Source: an uncultured Bacilli bacterium (GTDB lineage Bacteria > Bacillota_I > Bacilli_A > RF39 > UBA660). Taken from it: a DNA stretch of 41,878 nt. Below the pieces are notes generated by a model. That model was given only the letters and a program-made list of their open reading frames with translations. It did not search any database and was not told the origin of the DNA. Shown piece after piece: positions 1-9,950 of this stretch. Location of the stretch: the NCBI GenBank assembly GCA_947588935.1, contig CANQAU010000002.1, positions 1-41,878 on the forward strand, in the 5' to 3' direction. The position numbers and the translations under genes were made by a program. Every line of letters starts with the position of its first letter. Position 1 is the first letter of the stretch.

Positions 1-622
1 TATTTTCATAAGTTAGACAGTGTCCCGCATCTAAGCGATAAACGTTTTTAAAGAAGGTTTCGGTCGTTGGGGTAAAACTAAAGGCCATATAGGCAGGGAG
101 AATTTTTTCATTGACTTCTTTTTTGAATTTTGGGTGTTCTAGAAAAGATTTAATTTCTGATCCAAAAAGGAAGACTTCTTCATCTTGATAATAGTAAAAG
201 GGTTTGATTCCAAAATTGTCACGTGCACCAAATAATTTTTGCTTTTTCTTATCCCAAATGACAAAGGCAAACATTCCTCGGAGTTTTTTTGGTAAATCAC
301 TACCCCATTCTTCATATCCATGAATTAATACTTCGGTGTCACAATTTGTTTGAAAAGTATGATTGGATAATTCTTTTTGTAGTTCTTTGTAATTGTAAAT
401 TTCTCCATTAAAAACAATGACAAGACTTTTGTCTTCGTTATACATTGGTTGACTTCCATTTTCAAGGTCAATAATAGATAATCGACGATGGCCAAGGGCG
501 ATATTTTCATCGATGTAATATCCTTCTCCATCTGGTCCACGATGTTCAATTTTGTCGGTCATTTTTTTGATAATTGTTTTTTTCTTTTTTTCTTGGTCAA
601 TAAACCCTGCAAATCCACACAT
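1..622 (-). CDS. asnB: asparagine synthetase (glutamine-hydrolysing), N-terminal part; the 3' end runs off the left edge of the window
   Basis: Absent from the ORF track because there is no stop codon in the window. My reverse-complement translation from the ATG at 622 stays open to position 1: MCGFAGFIDQEKKKKTIIKKMTDKIEHRGPDGEGYYIDENIALGHRRLSIIDLENGSQPMYNEDKSLVIVFNGEIYNYKEL...MFAFVIWDKKKQKLFGARDNFGIKPFYYY. It has the Cys2 Ntn-amidotransferase start and class II GATase motifs. SD GAAGAGGAA lies upstream. Confidence 0.85.
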   Translation of the reverse strand, partial: MCGFAGFIDQEKKKKTIIKKMTDKIEHRGPDGEGYYIDENIALGHRRLSIIDLENGSQPMYNEDKSLVIVFNGEIYNYKELQKELSNHTFQTNCDTEVLIHGYEEWGSDLPKKLRGMFAFVIWDKKKQKLFGARDNFGIKPFYYYQDEEVFLFGSEIKSFLEHPKFKKEVNEKILPAYMAFSFTPTTETFFKNVYRLDAGHCLTYEN

Positions 623-624
623 TT

Positions 625-2547
625 TTATTCCTCTTCTCTACTAAATATCTTGCGATATACATCTTGCTCAATGATTCTTTTACTAATGACTACACTATTA
701 TTTACCCATTGATTTTTATTGGTTACATAATCTTCACTTACTTCTTTAGTCGGTGTAAACTGTTTCGTTTTTGAAACATAGGACCCAGAGTCACTTATCC
801 AACTTAAATCTGAGAAAATGGCTAGTCCTTCGGTATCACTTAAGATGTCATGTCCAATCATTAACCTGGAATCATATTCGATTCCAAACAAATTTAATAG
901 CGTTGGCAACACATCTATTTGACTTCCTACTTTATCAATTTCAATCTTTTCGGTATCATTATTCCAGATAATCAAATCACTATGATTGATTTCAAATAAT
1001 CCATCTCTTGGGTAGTTCGATAATTCGTTGATTTCATCTACAGATAAGGCATATGGATAATGGTCTCCGACTAGGCAGATGACGGTATCATCGAGTATAT
1101 TTTTTTCTTTCAATTGATTGATTAAGGATTCAAGTGCTTTATCTAGATCAATTTGGGTTTGTAAATATCCTTTGACTTTTTCGGAATATGGTAAATCTTT
1201 GACTGCGTCATAATTTCTCTTTCGATCTGAAAAATAATATGGCATATGTCCACTCACGGTAATGTAGAAGGAAACAAATGGTGTTTTTTCCGCATAATCT
1301 GCAATGGTTGTGTCAATCATCTCTTTATCGGATGGAACTTCATATCCTTCCCAAACACATTTGATTCTTTCTTCTAATCCACTCTCACAAGATAAGAAGT
1401 TATCAAATCCTAACGTTGGCATTGTTTTATCTCGGTTATAGTACATGTTGGTCCAGTTATGATAGGCATTGGCTGTATAATTTTGTTTTCCAAAAGCATT
1501 TCCTAAAGAAAATGGTAAATACACGGTTCCTTTATACCAAGCACTCAATGTTTCGGCAGAGGGAACGAGTCCAGTCATGGATTGAAATTCTCCACCCGTG
1601 GTGCTTAAGAAGACAGGAGAATAAAAATTTGTAAAGTGAAAACCAGAATTCGTTAATTGATATAAAGTCGGCGTTAATTCTTGAGAAATGGCAATGGTAT
1701 TAAAAGATTCAGCGAGAATAAAAATTAAATTTTTTCCTTGATATTTGCCGGTGTATTCATTTTTATTCGTTGGCATTTCTTCATTAAAATACGTATATAA
1801 ACTTTTTAAATAATTGTCGGTTTCTTCATTTTTTAATTTTTCAAAATCGATGTCCATTTTATTGTACTCTACTTCGGCATTTTCTTGTCCAGGAATGTGT
1901 GGCATGAGTACAATGTCTTGTTCAAATCCAAAGATGGCGCGGTTGATATCAATCATTTCGGCGGTTAATAAGCCAAGTTTATCAATGGCACTAATTAAGT
2001 CATTGTCTTTCCAATATAATTGAAAGGCTGATTTTGATTCATGCATATTGGGAATCATGATGAGTAAAGAAAGGATATATACGGCGATGATACTTTCTAG
2101 TGCAATCTTTTTTTCATAAAAATAAATGTGCGGAATTCTTATTTTTTTAAAGCAAAGAATATAAAAAAGGATGGGAACCAGGAATATCCATAGTGGATGG
2201 AGATGTTCTATAATCGTGAGGAAGATGACGTTGGTAAAATCCATCGCTTGAGATGCCATTTGGGTGACATAAATTGTAAATGGAACCGAAAATAATGTGG
2301 TATATAGATAATTTCCGGCAAAAATTAGCGATAAAAGAACAGTGATGATACCAATGGTGATCCGATTGGTTTTTTCATGTCCGAGAGATGATAAAACGGC
2401 TAGTATTAAGGAAATAAAGATACTAAATATCGATAAATATAATAAACCAATGTGGAAAACATTTTGATATAAAAAGTAACTATGTCCAATTTCTAAGTAT
2501 AAAATGACCATCAAGTAGTATGCCGTCAACTGTAATATTTTTTTCAT
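625..2547 (-). CDS. ltaS: LTA synthase family protein (polytopic N-terminus plus extracellular sulfatase-like domain)
   Basis: 640-aa ORF. The N-terminal approx 160 aa form about five hydrophobic helices. The following domain has NLIFILAESF, STTGGEF and VGDHYPY motifs typical of LtaS/sulfatase-fold phosphoglycerol transferases. Confidence 0.8.
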   Translation of the reverse strand: MKKILQLTAYYLMVILYLEIGHSYFLYQNVFHIGLLYLSIFSIFISLILAVLSSLGHEKTNRITIGIITVLLSLIFAGNYLYTTLFSVPFTIYVTQMASQAMDFTNVIFLTIIEHLHPLWIFLVPILFYILCFKKIRIPHIYFYEKKIALESIIAVYILSLLIMIPNMHESKSAFQLYWKDNDLISAIDKLGLLTAEMIDINRAIFGFEQDIVLMPHIPGQENAEVEYNKMDIDFEKLKNEETDNYLKSLYTYFNEEMPTNKNEYTGKYQGKNLIFILAESFNTIAISQELTPTLYQLTNSGFHFTNFYSPVFLSTTGGEFQSMTGLVPSAETLSAWYKGTVYLPFSLGNAFGKQNYTANAYHNWTNMYYNRDKTMPTLGFDNFLSCESGLEERIKCVWEGYEVPSDKEMIDTTIADYAEKTPFVSFYITVSGHMPYYFSDRKRNYDAVKDLPYSEKVKGYLQTQIDLDKALESLINQLKEKNILDDTVICLVGDHYPYALSVDEINELSNYPRDGLFEINHSDLIIWNNDTEKIEIDKVGSQIDVLPTLLNLFGIEYDSRLMIGHDILSDTEGLAIFSDLSWISDSGSYVSKTKQFTPTKEVSEDYVTNKNQWVNNSVVISKRIIEQDVYRKIFSREEE

Positions 2548-2634
2548 GTTTTCCTCCTATTATTTTTTGTAACTCTTTCTTTTTTATGCTTATATATTTT
2601 ACCATAAAGTGCGAACTTTGTAAAAAATTGTCGA

Positions 2635-2661
2635 TGAAAAAAACTTCAAAATTTGAAGTTA
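2635..2661 (-). terminator. intrinsic terminator downstream of tex
   Basis: Palindrome aacttcaaa/tttgaagtt (2642-2660) overlaps the tex stop codon. On the minus strand it is followed by a T-run (A-run 2637-2641 on plus). Confidence 0.5.
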
Positions 2662-4779
2662 TTCTTTTATGAGCGATAGGTTGACTTTTTCTTTATCGAT
2701 ATCAATTTTGTCGACGTAACATTTTACGATTTGTCCAACGTGAACTACTTCTTTGGGATCTGTAATATATTCTTTACTCATTTTGGAGATATGAATGAGG
2801 CCATCGTTATGAAGTCCAATATCGACAAAGGCACCAAAGGAGGCGACATTTCGAATGGTACCTTCTAATTCCATTCCTTCTTTTAAGTCTTTGATATCTA
2901 AAATATCACTTTTTAACAATACATTGTCTAATTCATCTCGTCGATCTAGTCCGGGATTTTGCAACTCTTCTTTGATATCGTGTAAGGTATAGATATCGAT
3001 TTTTAACTTATCACTCATTTCTGCTTCGTTGATGTTTTTTATTTTTTCTTTAAAGGCTGGTTGATCGATATCTTGTAAATCGAGATTGACTTCTTTTAAT
3101 AGTTGATAAGTGATTGGATAACTTTCTGGATGAATTTTCGTTCGATCGAGGGGATTGGATGAATCTGGAATTCTTAAAAATCCAATGCATTGTTCAAAAA
3201 TTTTACTGGATATTCCGTTTAATTTTTTGATTTCATCACGATTATGAAATGGAATTTTGTTTTTGTATTCCATAATACTGGCAATGGCTTTTTTATTTAA
3301 TCCTGAAATGTAAGATAAAATACTTTCGCTAGCGGTATTAATATTGACGCCAATTTTGTTGACGATTTTTTCCACTGTAAAATCGAGGGCATTGCTTAAA
3401 TTTTTTTGATTTACATCGTGTTGATATTCTCCTACTCCGATGCTTTTGGGATCGATTTTGACGAGTTCTGACAAGGGATCTTGCACTCTTCTACCAATGG
3501 AAATGGCACTCCGTTTTTCGACTGTTAAATCCGGAAATTCAGCAATCGCTAGTTTACTTGCTGAATAAACGCTGGCTCCGGCTTCACTCACGAAACTATA
3601 TTTTACGGGAAGTCCTTTGATTGCTTGGGCTACAAAGGCTTCGCTTTCTCTCGAGGCGGTGCCATTACCTATGGCAATGACGTTCACATGATATTTCGTA
3701 ATGAGATTTCTTAATACTTCACAACTTTTTGCTTTTTCATTTTTTGGTTCATGCGGATAAATGGTAGCAATTTCTAATACTTCTCCAAATTCATTTAATA
3801 CGGCTAGTTTACATCCTGTTCGAAAAGCTGGATCAAAACCTAAAACCACTGCATTTTTAATAGGTTTCGTCATCAATAGATTTTCGAGGTTTTCTTTAAA
3901 GGTTTCAATGGCCATTTCTTCGGCTTCAGTAGTTAAATCGGATCGTATTTCGCGTTCGATGCTTGGAAGAATTAATCTTTTTAAAGCATCTTTTATGGCA
4001 TTGATGACGATGTCTGTGACAAAGGAAGCTGGATTTTTTATGATTTTTTGTTTTAAAAAATCGATGATTTGTTCTTCATCATATTCGAGATGAACCGATA
4101 ATACATTTTCTTTTTCTCCCCGATTTATAGCCAGTGTACGATAGTGTTTCATAGATTTTAAAGGACTTGTAAAATCATAATACATTTCATATACTTTTTT
4201 TTCATCTTTTGCCGATTTTTTCTTTTTACTTTGCAATTGACCATTTTTCCAAATAAACTTACGAATCCATTTTCGATAATAAGCATTATCACTAATCCAT
4301 TCACTGATAATATATCCAGACTTTTCCATTGCAACATCTACTTCGACATTGTAACCACTTGCTAAGGTATTTTTATCTCCAGATATTGGAAAACTCATTA
4401 TTTTTTTGGCTAAAGGTTCTAATCCTAGTGCAATCGCTTCACTGGCTTTGGTTTTCTTATTTTCTTTAAATGGTCGATAAATGTCTTCGACTTCGGCAAG
4501 TTTGGTACAAGAGGCAATCTCTTTTTCTAAGTCTTCGGTTAACAAGCCTTTTTCTTTAATCAGACGCATGACATCTTCTTTTCGTTTTTTTAGATTGGAT
4601 AGATATTCGTATTCTTTTTCAATGGAACGGATTTGTTCTTCATCTAAGTTGTGTGTTGCTTCTTTTCGATAGCGAGCAATAAAGGGAATGGTCGCGCCAC
4701 TCTCTAATAAATTTTTAACACTGATTACTTGTTCTTTGGTAATATTTAAATTTTTGGCTAATTCGAGTTCAATATCCAT
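2659..4779 (-). CDS. tex: Tex-like transcription accessory protein (YqgF/HhH/S1 domains)
   Basis: 706 aa. N-terminal IPFIARYRKEAT motif, central RuvC/YqgF-like GFDPAFRTGCKLAV, and a C-terminal S1 domain (GMELEGTIRNVASFGAFVDIGLHNDGLIHISKMS). SD GAGGAGGAAAAAAC lies before the ATG. Confidence 0.92.
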   Translation of the reverse strand: MDIELELAKNLNITKEQVISVKNLLESGATIPFIARYRKEATHNLDEEQIRSIEKEYEYLSNLKKRKEDVMRLIKEKGLLTEDLEKEIASCTKLAEVEDIYRPFKENKKTKASEAIALGLEPLAKKIMSFPISGDKNTLASGYNVEVDVAMEKSGYIISEWISDNAYYRKWIRKFIWKNGQLQSKKKKSAKDEKKVYEMYYDFTSPLKSMKHYRTLAINRGEKENVLSVHLEYDEEQIIDFLKQKIIKNPASFVTDIVINAIKDALKRLILPSIEREIRSDLTTEAEEMAIETFKENLENLLMTKPIKNAVVLGFDPAFRTGCKLAVLNEFGEVLEIATIYPHEPKNEKAKSCEVLRNLITKYHVNVIAIGNGTASRESEAFVAQAIKGLPVKYSFVSEAGASVYSASKLAIAEFPDLTVEKRSAISIGRRVQDPLSELVKIDPKSIGVGEYQHDVNQKNLSNALDFTVEKIVNKIGVNINTASESILSYISGLNKKAIASIMEYKNKIPFHNRDEIKKLNGISSKIFEQCIGFLRIPDSSNPLDRTKIHPESYPITYQLLKEVNLDLQDIDQPAFKEKIKNINEAEMSDKLKIDIYTLHDIKEELQNPGLDRRDELDNVLLKSDILDIKDLKEGMELEGTIRNVASFGAFVDIGLHNDGLIHISKMSKEYITDPKEVVHVGQIVKCYVDKIDIDKEKVNLSLIKE

Positions 4780-4795
4780 GTTTTTTCCTCCTCAA

Positions 4796-4821
4796 ATAAA
4801 AAAGTAGATTTTTTATCTACC
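4796..4821 (-). terminator. intrinsic terminator after the 182-aa TasA-like gene
   Basis: Stem gtagat (4804-4809) / atctac (4815-4820). On the minus strand it is followed by TTTTTTATTT. Confidence 0.5.
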
Positions 4822-4822
4822 T

Positions 4823-5371
4823 TTAATCGCTTATTTTTAATACGGCGCTGAAGTTTTTGCCTCTATCATCCAACTGATCGGCATCTGTCTCTTTATAGGT
4901 GATGGTTAATGTAAAGTTTTTGGTTTCTCCAGAATTGATTTTTAATCCGGTTATTAAATCCGTATCATCTGTCGTTGTCGCTGGTAGTGTAACATTGTCT
5001 TCTTCGGATATTTCTTCATTTAATCCATCAGATAATGTAACAATTAAATCATCTTGATTTACAAAGTTATTGATTACGCTATCCCATACCAAACGGTAAG
5101 TAATGGTTCCACTACCGGAATTGGTTACTTGAAATGTTTTGGTTACTTTATCGCCAGGAATGAGATTTTCTCCCGTTATGACACCGTCTTTGTCTGTTAG
5201 AGAAAATTCAATTTTTGCTCCGGTTATCTGTGTGTCAAAGTCCGTTTCTGGCATCTTGATTGTTGATGTGAAAAAGGCATATGTTCCAGAGATAACAATT
5301 CCAATTAAAATTACGATTGAAATAATCAATGTTATTACTAGCAAGCGATTATTTTCTTTTTGTGGTTCCAT
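4823..5371 (-). CDS. secreted TasA/camelysin-like protein with SipW-type signal peptide
   Basis: The N-terminus has a basic stretch, one hydrophobic helix, then SGTYAFFTSTIK (compare the GGTFAYFSD / GGTWAAFND cleavage region of CalY/TasA). LIPGDKVTKTFQVTNSGSGT resembles the TasA-family L(K)PGD...F.F.N.G strand. C-terminal strand RGKNFSAVLKISD. SD AGGTGA. Confidence 0.6.
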   Translation of the reverse strand: MEPQKENNRLLVITLIISIVILIGIVISGTYAFFTSTIKMPETDFDTQITGAKIEFSLTDKDGVITGENLIPGDKVTKTFQVTNSGSGTITYRLVWDSVINNFVNQDDLIVTLSDGLNEEISEEDNVTLPATTTDDTDLITGLKINSGETKNFTLTITYKETDADQLDDRGKNFSAVLKISD

Positions 5372-5442
5372 ATAATCACCTATTCTTCTATCATTTATTA
5401 TCTTAAATTATTTTCGTTTTGTCAATCTTTAACCGTCTATTC

Positions 5443-5934
5443 TCATGTATTGATGACAAATTTTCCAGTTATTTTTTTGCCCATATCGGTTTCATTGGTT
5501 GAAGGCTGATACCATAAAGTGATTTTGATGTTTACGGTACTGTGTGCGTTTATTGTAGCACCGTTTAACAAAGGACTATTTCTTTTGGGAAATACTTCAT
5601 GGTCCACCATTGGTTTTTCATCTATCCACAGATTATATTTTAAAAATCGTTGTGCACTTAAAGGATTTTTTAGGTTGTCTACTGCTAATGTATATTTTTT
5701 GTCGACATCATTGTCATTGGTTATTTGCAGTTTTATTTCTTGTTGAATCTCTTGGAATCCCATTTCGAATTGAAAGGTTTTTTCTTCCATTTTTAATGGT
5801 AAATCGGTAGTCATCGGTTCTGGCTTTTTTTCTTTTTGGGTATTGATGAAATAAATTGTTGATAGAATTATGATGCCAAGAACGAAAAAAGCAAACAGAC
5901 GCATTTTATCGGCTTTGGTAAGTTTTCTTTTCAT
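5443..5934 (-). CDS. membrane-anchored or secreted protein, distant member of the same beta-sandwich family
   Basis: I trimmed the track ORF (5443..6075) to the internal ATG at 5934 (MKRKLTKADKMRLFAFFVLGIIIL...). That start has SD AGAGGA and removes the 134-nt overlap with trxB. It has a single N-terminal helix and the C-terminal strand MGKKITGKFVINT shared with the paralogs at 22.9-26.3 kb. Confidence 0.5.
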   Translation of the reverse strand: MKRKLTKADKMRLFAFFVLGIIILSTIYFINTQKEKKPEPMTTDLPLKMEEKTFQFEMGFQEIQQEIKLQITNDNDVDKKYTLAVDNLKNPLSAQRFLKYNLWIDEKPMVDHEVFPKRNSPLLNGATINAHSTVNIKITLWYQPSTNETDMGKKITGKFVINT

Positions 5935-5941
5935 ACATCCT

Positions 5942-6832
5942 CTATTTTTGACGACTGAAATGAATGGCAGCACTGGCTCCTTCTGCAGCGGCGGTAACAA
6001 TTTGATATACTTTTTTGATGATAATATCACCGGCGGCATAAATTCCTGGAACGGTTGTTTCATAATTGTCGTCAACCAAAATATATCCGGCTGGATTGGT
6101 GATATTTAAAGCAGAAGCAAAGTCTGTTTTGGGTGCATAACCAATGTAAATGAATAAAGCACTCACTGGAATCTTTTTTTCTTGATTGATTTCAATGCCA
6201 CTTAATACGCCATTTTCCGTTTGTAAATTGGTTACTTGGGAATTATATACGAATTCGACATTTGGACATTTTTTGATTCTTTTAATCAATTCCTCACTTG
6301 CTCGAAATTCATTACGACGATGAATTAAGTAAATTTTTTTTACCAATTTAGATAAGTATAGGGCTTCTTGTAAAGCACTATTTCCTCCTCCTACTACGGC
6401 GATTTCTTTTCCTTTATATAAAGCGCCATCACATAATGCACAGGTACTGATTCCTTTGCCAATTAACTGATCGATATTCGGTAAATCTAACAGAATGGGA
6501 CTTCTTCCGGTCGCAATTAAGACGTTTTTGGCGCGGTACGTATTTTGGGTCGTTTTGACGATCTTTTCCTCTTGATCGACAGATAATTCGATGACTTCTT
6601 CCATTTGATAAGGAATTTCTAAGGCATTGATCTGCTCAAATAGTTTCATTGATAAATCTGGTCCACTAATACTTGTATATCCTGGATAGTTTTCGACATT
6701 GTCAATAATGTTAATAATTCCTCCTGGACGTTCTTTCTCTAAAATTAACACATTTAATCCACCTCGTTTGGCGTAGATGGCTGCACTAATTCCTGCTATT
6801 CCCATTCCAATGATGATGGCATCGTAGGTCAT
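5942..6832 (-). CDS. trxB: thioredoxin-disulfide reductase
   Basis: 296 aa. FAD-binding motif DAIIIGMGIAGISAAIYAKR, redox-active CALCDG, NADPH-binding motif VVGGGNSALQEALYL, and C-terminal GIYAAGD. Confidence 0.92.
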   Translation of the reverse strand: MTYDAIIIGMGIAGISAAIYAKRGGLNVLILEKERPGGIINIIDNVENYPGYTSISGPDLSMKLFEQINALEIPYQMEEVIELSVDQEEKIVKTTQNTYRAKNVLIATGRSPILLDLPNIDQLIGKGISTCALCDGALYKGKEIAVVGGGNSALQEALYLSKLVKKIYLIHRRNEFRASEELIKRIKKCPNVEFVYNSQVTNLQTENGVLSGIEINQEKKIPVSALFIYIGYAPKTDFASALNITNPAGYILVDDNYETTVPGIYAAGDIIIKKVYQIVTAAAEGASAAIHFSRQK

Positions 6833-6844
6833 ATTTGTTCCTCC

Positions 6845-7666
6845 TTAAAAATTGATTGATTGTTGATTTTCTTCACTATATAAATCTTCAAATTTGCTTT
6901 TTCGACTTAAAATCATAAAGGCTAGCATGGCAATGACAAATAAGATAATGGATACAATTTGGGCGACGCGAAAGCCTCCTAACATGAGGGAGTCGGTTCG
7001 AATGGATTCAATGAAGAAACGTCCGAAACTATACCACATAAAATAAATACATGTTTGTTGGCCAATTTTTAAATAGCGATATTTCCGAACGATTAATAAA
7101 AGGATGACTCCTAATAAGCACCATAGTGATTCATAAAAAAAAGTCGGATGGTAATAGTGTCCATTGATATGTAAGCCTTCAATAATTATATTGGGGATAT
7201 GTAAGTTTTGTAAATTGGCAAGGGTTGTTTCAATTCCGTGGGCTTCTCCATTAAAGAAATTTCCCCAGCGACCAATTGCTTGGGCAAGTAAAACGGAAAC
7301 ACTCGCGATGTCGGTAATTTTAAAAGTATTGACATTGTATCGATGGCAATAAAAGGCAATGGTTAAAAAGCCAAAGAGAATTCCTCCATGGATGGCAAGT
7401 CCTCCTTCCCAAATCTTAAAAATGGATAAGGGGTCACTTTGATAAATGGACCAATTAAAGACAACATAATATAGTCTGGCTCCGATAAAACCAATAATCA
7501 TTGTCCAAAAGAATAAATTAAAAATAAAATCTGATGGAAAATTATGACGTTTTGCTTCTTTTTGTAATAGATAATATCCAAATAAGGCTCCCACTAAAAT
7601 TAAAACCGAGTACCATTTTACATCAAAATTACCAATGGAAAATATTACAGGATTTACTTGACTCAT
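6845..7666 (-). CDS. lgt: prolipoprotein diacylglyceryl transferase
   Basis: 273-aa polytopic protein. Motifs WYSVLILVGALFGY, GARLYYV, IWEGGLAIHGG and GRWGNFFNGEAHG are typical of Lgt. Confidence 0.92.
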   Translation of the reverse strand: MSQVNPVIFSIGNFDVKWYSVLILVGALFGYYLLQKEAKRHNFPSDFIFNLFFWTMIIGFIGARLYYVVFNWSIYQSDPLSIFKIWEGGLAIHGGILFGFLTIAFYCHRYNVNTFKITDIASVSVLLAQAIGRWGNFFNGEAHGIETTLANLQNLHIPNIIIEGLHINGHYYHPTFFYESLWCLLGVILLLIVRKYRYLKIGQQTCIYFMWYSFGRFFIESIRTDSLMLGGFRVAQIVSIILFVIAMLAFMILSRKSKFEDLYSEENQQSINF

Positions 7667-7730
7667 TGTTTTCTCTCCTATCGTATTAACATTATATCAT
7701 TGTTTTTTCCAAAAAAAAAGAAGAGTCCTT

Positions 7731-9950
7731 TTAAGGTTTTAATACTCTTCCTAATGTTTTTTCTTTTTCTACGATGATATCGTCTTTGCCAAAATATCCT
7801 TCCCATTCTACTACGTTTCCGTTTGAATCATAAGAATATTCATTAATGGCACGGGCTCCAATATATTTATATCCGTTGTTTAAGGCTGTTAAGATTTCAT
7901 CTGTATCTGTGAAAACTTTTCTTTCTTTATTCGGAGATTCTAAGACAATTCCATCTTGTTTTCTTTCTAAATCGGCACGATGATACATTTTTAATTCTTT
8001 TACATCAATATTTTGTGCACTATCTGAAATTCTTGCTCCTTCTTTAATGGTATAATCTGCTTCAAAAGATGGTATTTCCTCTAATTGAGCTTGAATTTCT
8101 GGATCCAATTCTGGATTTTCTACAATGACTGGTTTTTCCGTTTTCGGATTTTCTATTACAATTGGTTTTGTTTTGATTTCTTCAATTTGGATATTCTTTT
8201 CATTATTTGGTTGTTTATTCTTATTGCTGCATGCTTTTAATCCGGTTAAAGCGGCGATGAGGGCTAAAGCTCCTAACCCAATTTTGACAGCATTGGCTTT
8301 TATTTTTTGGAAAATTGGTTTCTTTTTCTTTTCCTCCTGTTTTTCCACTTTATCAATTGGAATAAAACATTCGTTATTATGGAAATATCCGATATCTGCG
8401 ATGTATCCTTTTAATTCAAAACCATCGATGAGAGCTTCTTCTAATTCTTGTTTTGAAGCGACTTCAATTCGATCTTTTGGATTTTCAGGATGAGATAACG
8501 CATAGCCGATGACGATTCCTTTTTTGCCTTTTTTAACTTGTTTTTTGGTTTCCGGTTGATCACAGAATTCATCGATATTGGTATACTTTGGAATTTTTTC
8601 GGTTACGACAAACTCTTCTCCAATATCTAACACATTATCGGTTGTTGATTGTTTTTCTTTCCGATATTCTTTTTCTTCTTCGATTTTTTCTTCGACACGT
8701 TTTTCAATTTCGGGGCGAAGACTTTCTGGTAAGTCATAACGTTTATAATCTTCTTCGGTCCATTGATGAAATTCTTCTTCTACGGTTTCGATTTCTTTTG
8801 TTGCTTGGTATAAGCCTAAATCTTCCGCTATATTTTGGGCAATGACATCTAAAACCATATCCAAAAGGTATTCTTTTAATTCGTTAAATTCTTCATCGGT
8901 TAAATCATTCCAACCATAATCTTCTTTGGCTGCTTGTTTGATTTTTTCATATTCCGCCATTAATTGATCATTTGGGATGTTATTTAACTTTTCTTGATAA
9001 TCTTGCATATAAGGAGCAAATTTCTCTTGAATTTGTTCTTGTTCGATGACTTGTTCTTCTTCTTTGGCTTCTTCGATTGGTACAATTTCATAAGTTTTAT
9101 CGTAACCAAATTTTTCTAAAATGGTGTTGATAATTGTATCGAATTCTTGTTGAGTCATATTGAATTTGCTTTGATCATCTTTGGTAAAGAATTCTCCTCG
9201 TTTGATTTGAAAGAGAACTTCTTCTCTTTTTTGATTGGTTAAATGATCCCAATCTAAGGTAGCAAAGAGCTGAATCATTTTTCGATAGAATGTCCATTTT
9301 CTTAATTCATCTTCTAAAGTTCTTTTTAACATTTCCATATCTTGTGGATTTTGAGAATCTAAATTTTTTATGGCTTTTTGTAGTAATGTTTGGTAATTTT
9401 CTTCATCTATTTGCGATGGTTGATATTGATTTAAGGTTTCTTTGATTACTTTGGTAATTTTTTCGGTGTTCACCACGGTTAAATCGGTATTTTCTTCTTT
9501 CATTTTTTCTTTCACTTCCTTGTTTTTCATTGAAATATCGGTTTCGATTTCTTTTTCAACGAGTGCTTTGATTATTTGCATTTCTTCTTTCTGAATTGGA
9601 TATTTTTCGACGGTCAATATCGTTTCAGCAGTTTGAATGCTTTCTAGAAGTTTTTCTTCATCTTCCACATTCAATTTTTCTAGATATAATTTTTCAACGG
9701 TTTTTTCGAAAATTTCTCCTATGAAAACCATTCTGGCAATTTTCTTTCTTAATTCTCTTTGAAATGCGAGCAAATATTGAATTGGGAATCCGTGTTGTTT
9801 TAAATAGGCGATTTGTTCTCTTTTTGATTTTAAAAGTAAAACAATTTTCGCTTGTTCTCGATCATTTTCATTGCGAATATTTAATTTTTTTTCTTTGACG
9901 TACTGCTCGATGTATTGTTCTGCTAGTATCGTCATTTCTTTTTTTTCCAT
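7731..9950 (-). CDS. hypothetical bitopic protein: long Glu/Lys-rich cytoplasmic region, one TM helix, approx 170-aa extracytoplasmic tail
   Basis: 739-aa ORF with SD AGAGGGAG. It has a single hydrophobic segment (AVKIGLGALALIAALTGLKAC) near residue 555. I recognise no family. Confidence 0.6.
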   Translation of the reverse strand: MEKKEMTILAEQYIEQYVKEKKLNIRNENDREQAKIVLLLKSKREQIAYLKQHGFPIQYLLAFQRELRKKIARMVFIGEIFEKTVEKLYLEKLNVEDEEKLLESIQTAETILTVEKYPIQKEEMQIIKALVEKEIETDISMKNKEVKEKMKEENTDLTVVNTEKITKVIKETLNQYQPSQIDEENYQTLLQKAIKNLDSQNPQDMEMLKRTLEDELRKWTFYRKMIQLFATLDWDHLTNQKREEVLFQIKRGEFFTKDDQSKFNMTQQEFDTIINTILEKFGYDKTYEIVPIEEAKEEEQVIEQEQIQEKFAPYMQDYQEKLNNIPNDQLMAEYEKIKQAAKEDYGWNDLTDEEFNELKEYLLDMVLDVIAQNIAEDLGLYQATKEIETVEEEFHQWTEEDYKRYDLPESLRPEIEKRVEEKIEEEKEYRKEKQSTTDNVLDIGEEFVVTEKIPKYTNIDEFCDQPETKKQVKKGKKGIVIGYALSHPENPKDRIEVASKQELEEALIDGFELKGYIADIGYFHNNECFIPIDKVEKQEEKKKKPIFQKIKANAVKIGLGALALIAALTGLKACSNKNKQPNNEKNIQIEEIKTKPIVIENPKTEKPVIVENPELDPEIQAQLEEIPSFEADYTIKEGARISDSAQNIDVKELKMYHRADLERKQDGIVLESPNKERKVFTDTDEILTALNNGYKYIGARAINEYSYDSNGNVVEWEGYFGKDDIIVEKEKTLGRVLKP

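Noticed and set aside
139-549. Track ORFs 139..321 and 325..549 (minus strand, 60 and 74 aa)
   Set aside because: They are out-of-frame readings of the asnB region. The third minus frame is open from 622 to the window edge and gives an unmistakable asparagine synthetase N-terminus.
5935-6075. N-terminal 47 codons of track ORF 5443..6075
   Set aside because: This extension overlaps the 3' end of trxB by 134 nt. The internal ATG at 5934 has a good SD and yields a normal basic-plus-hydrophobic N-terminus.
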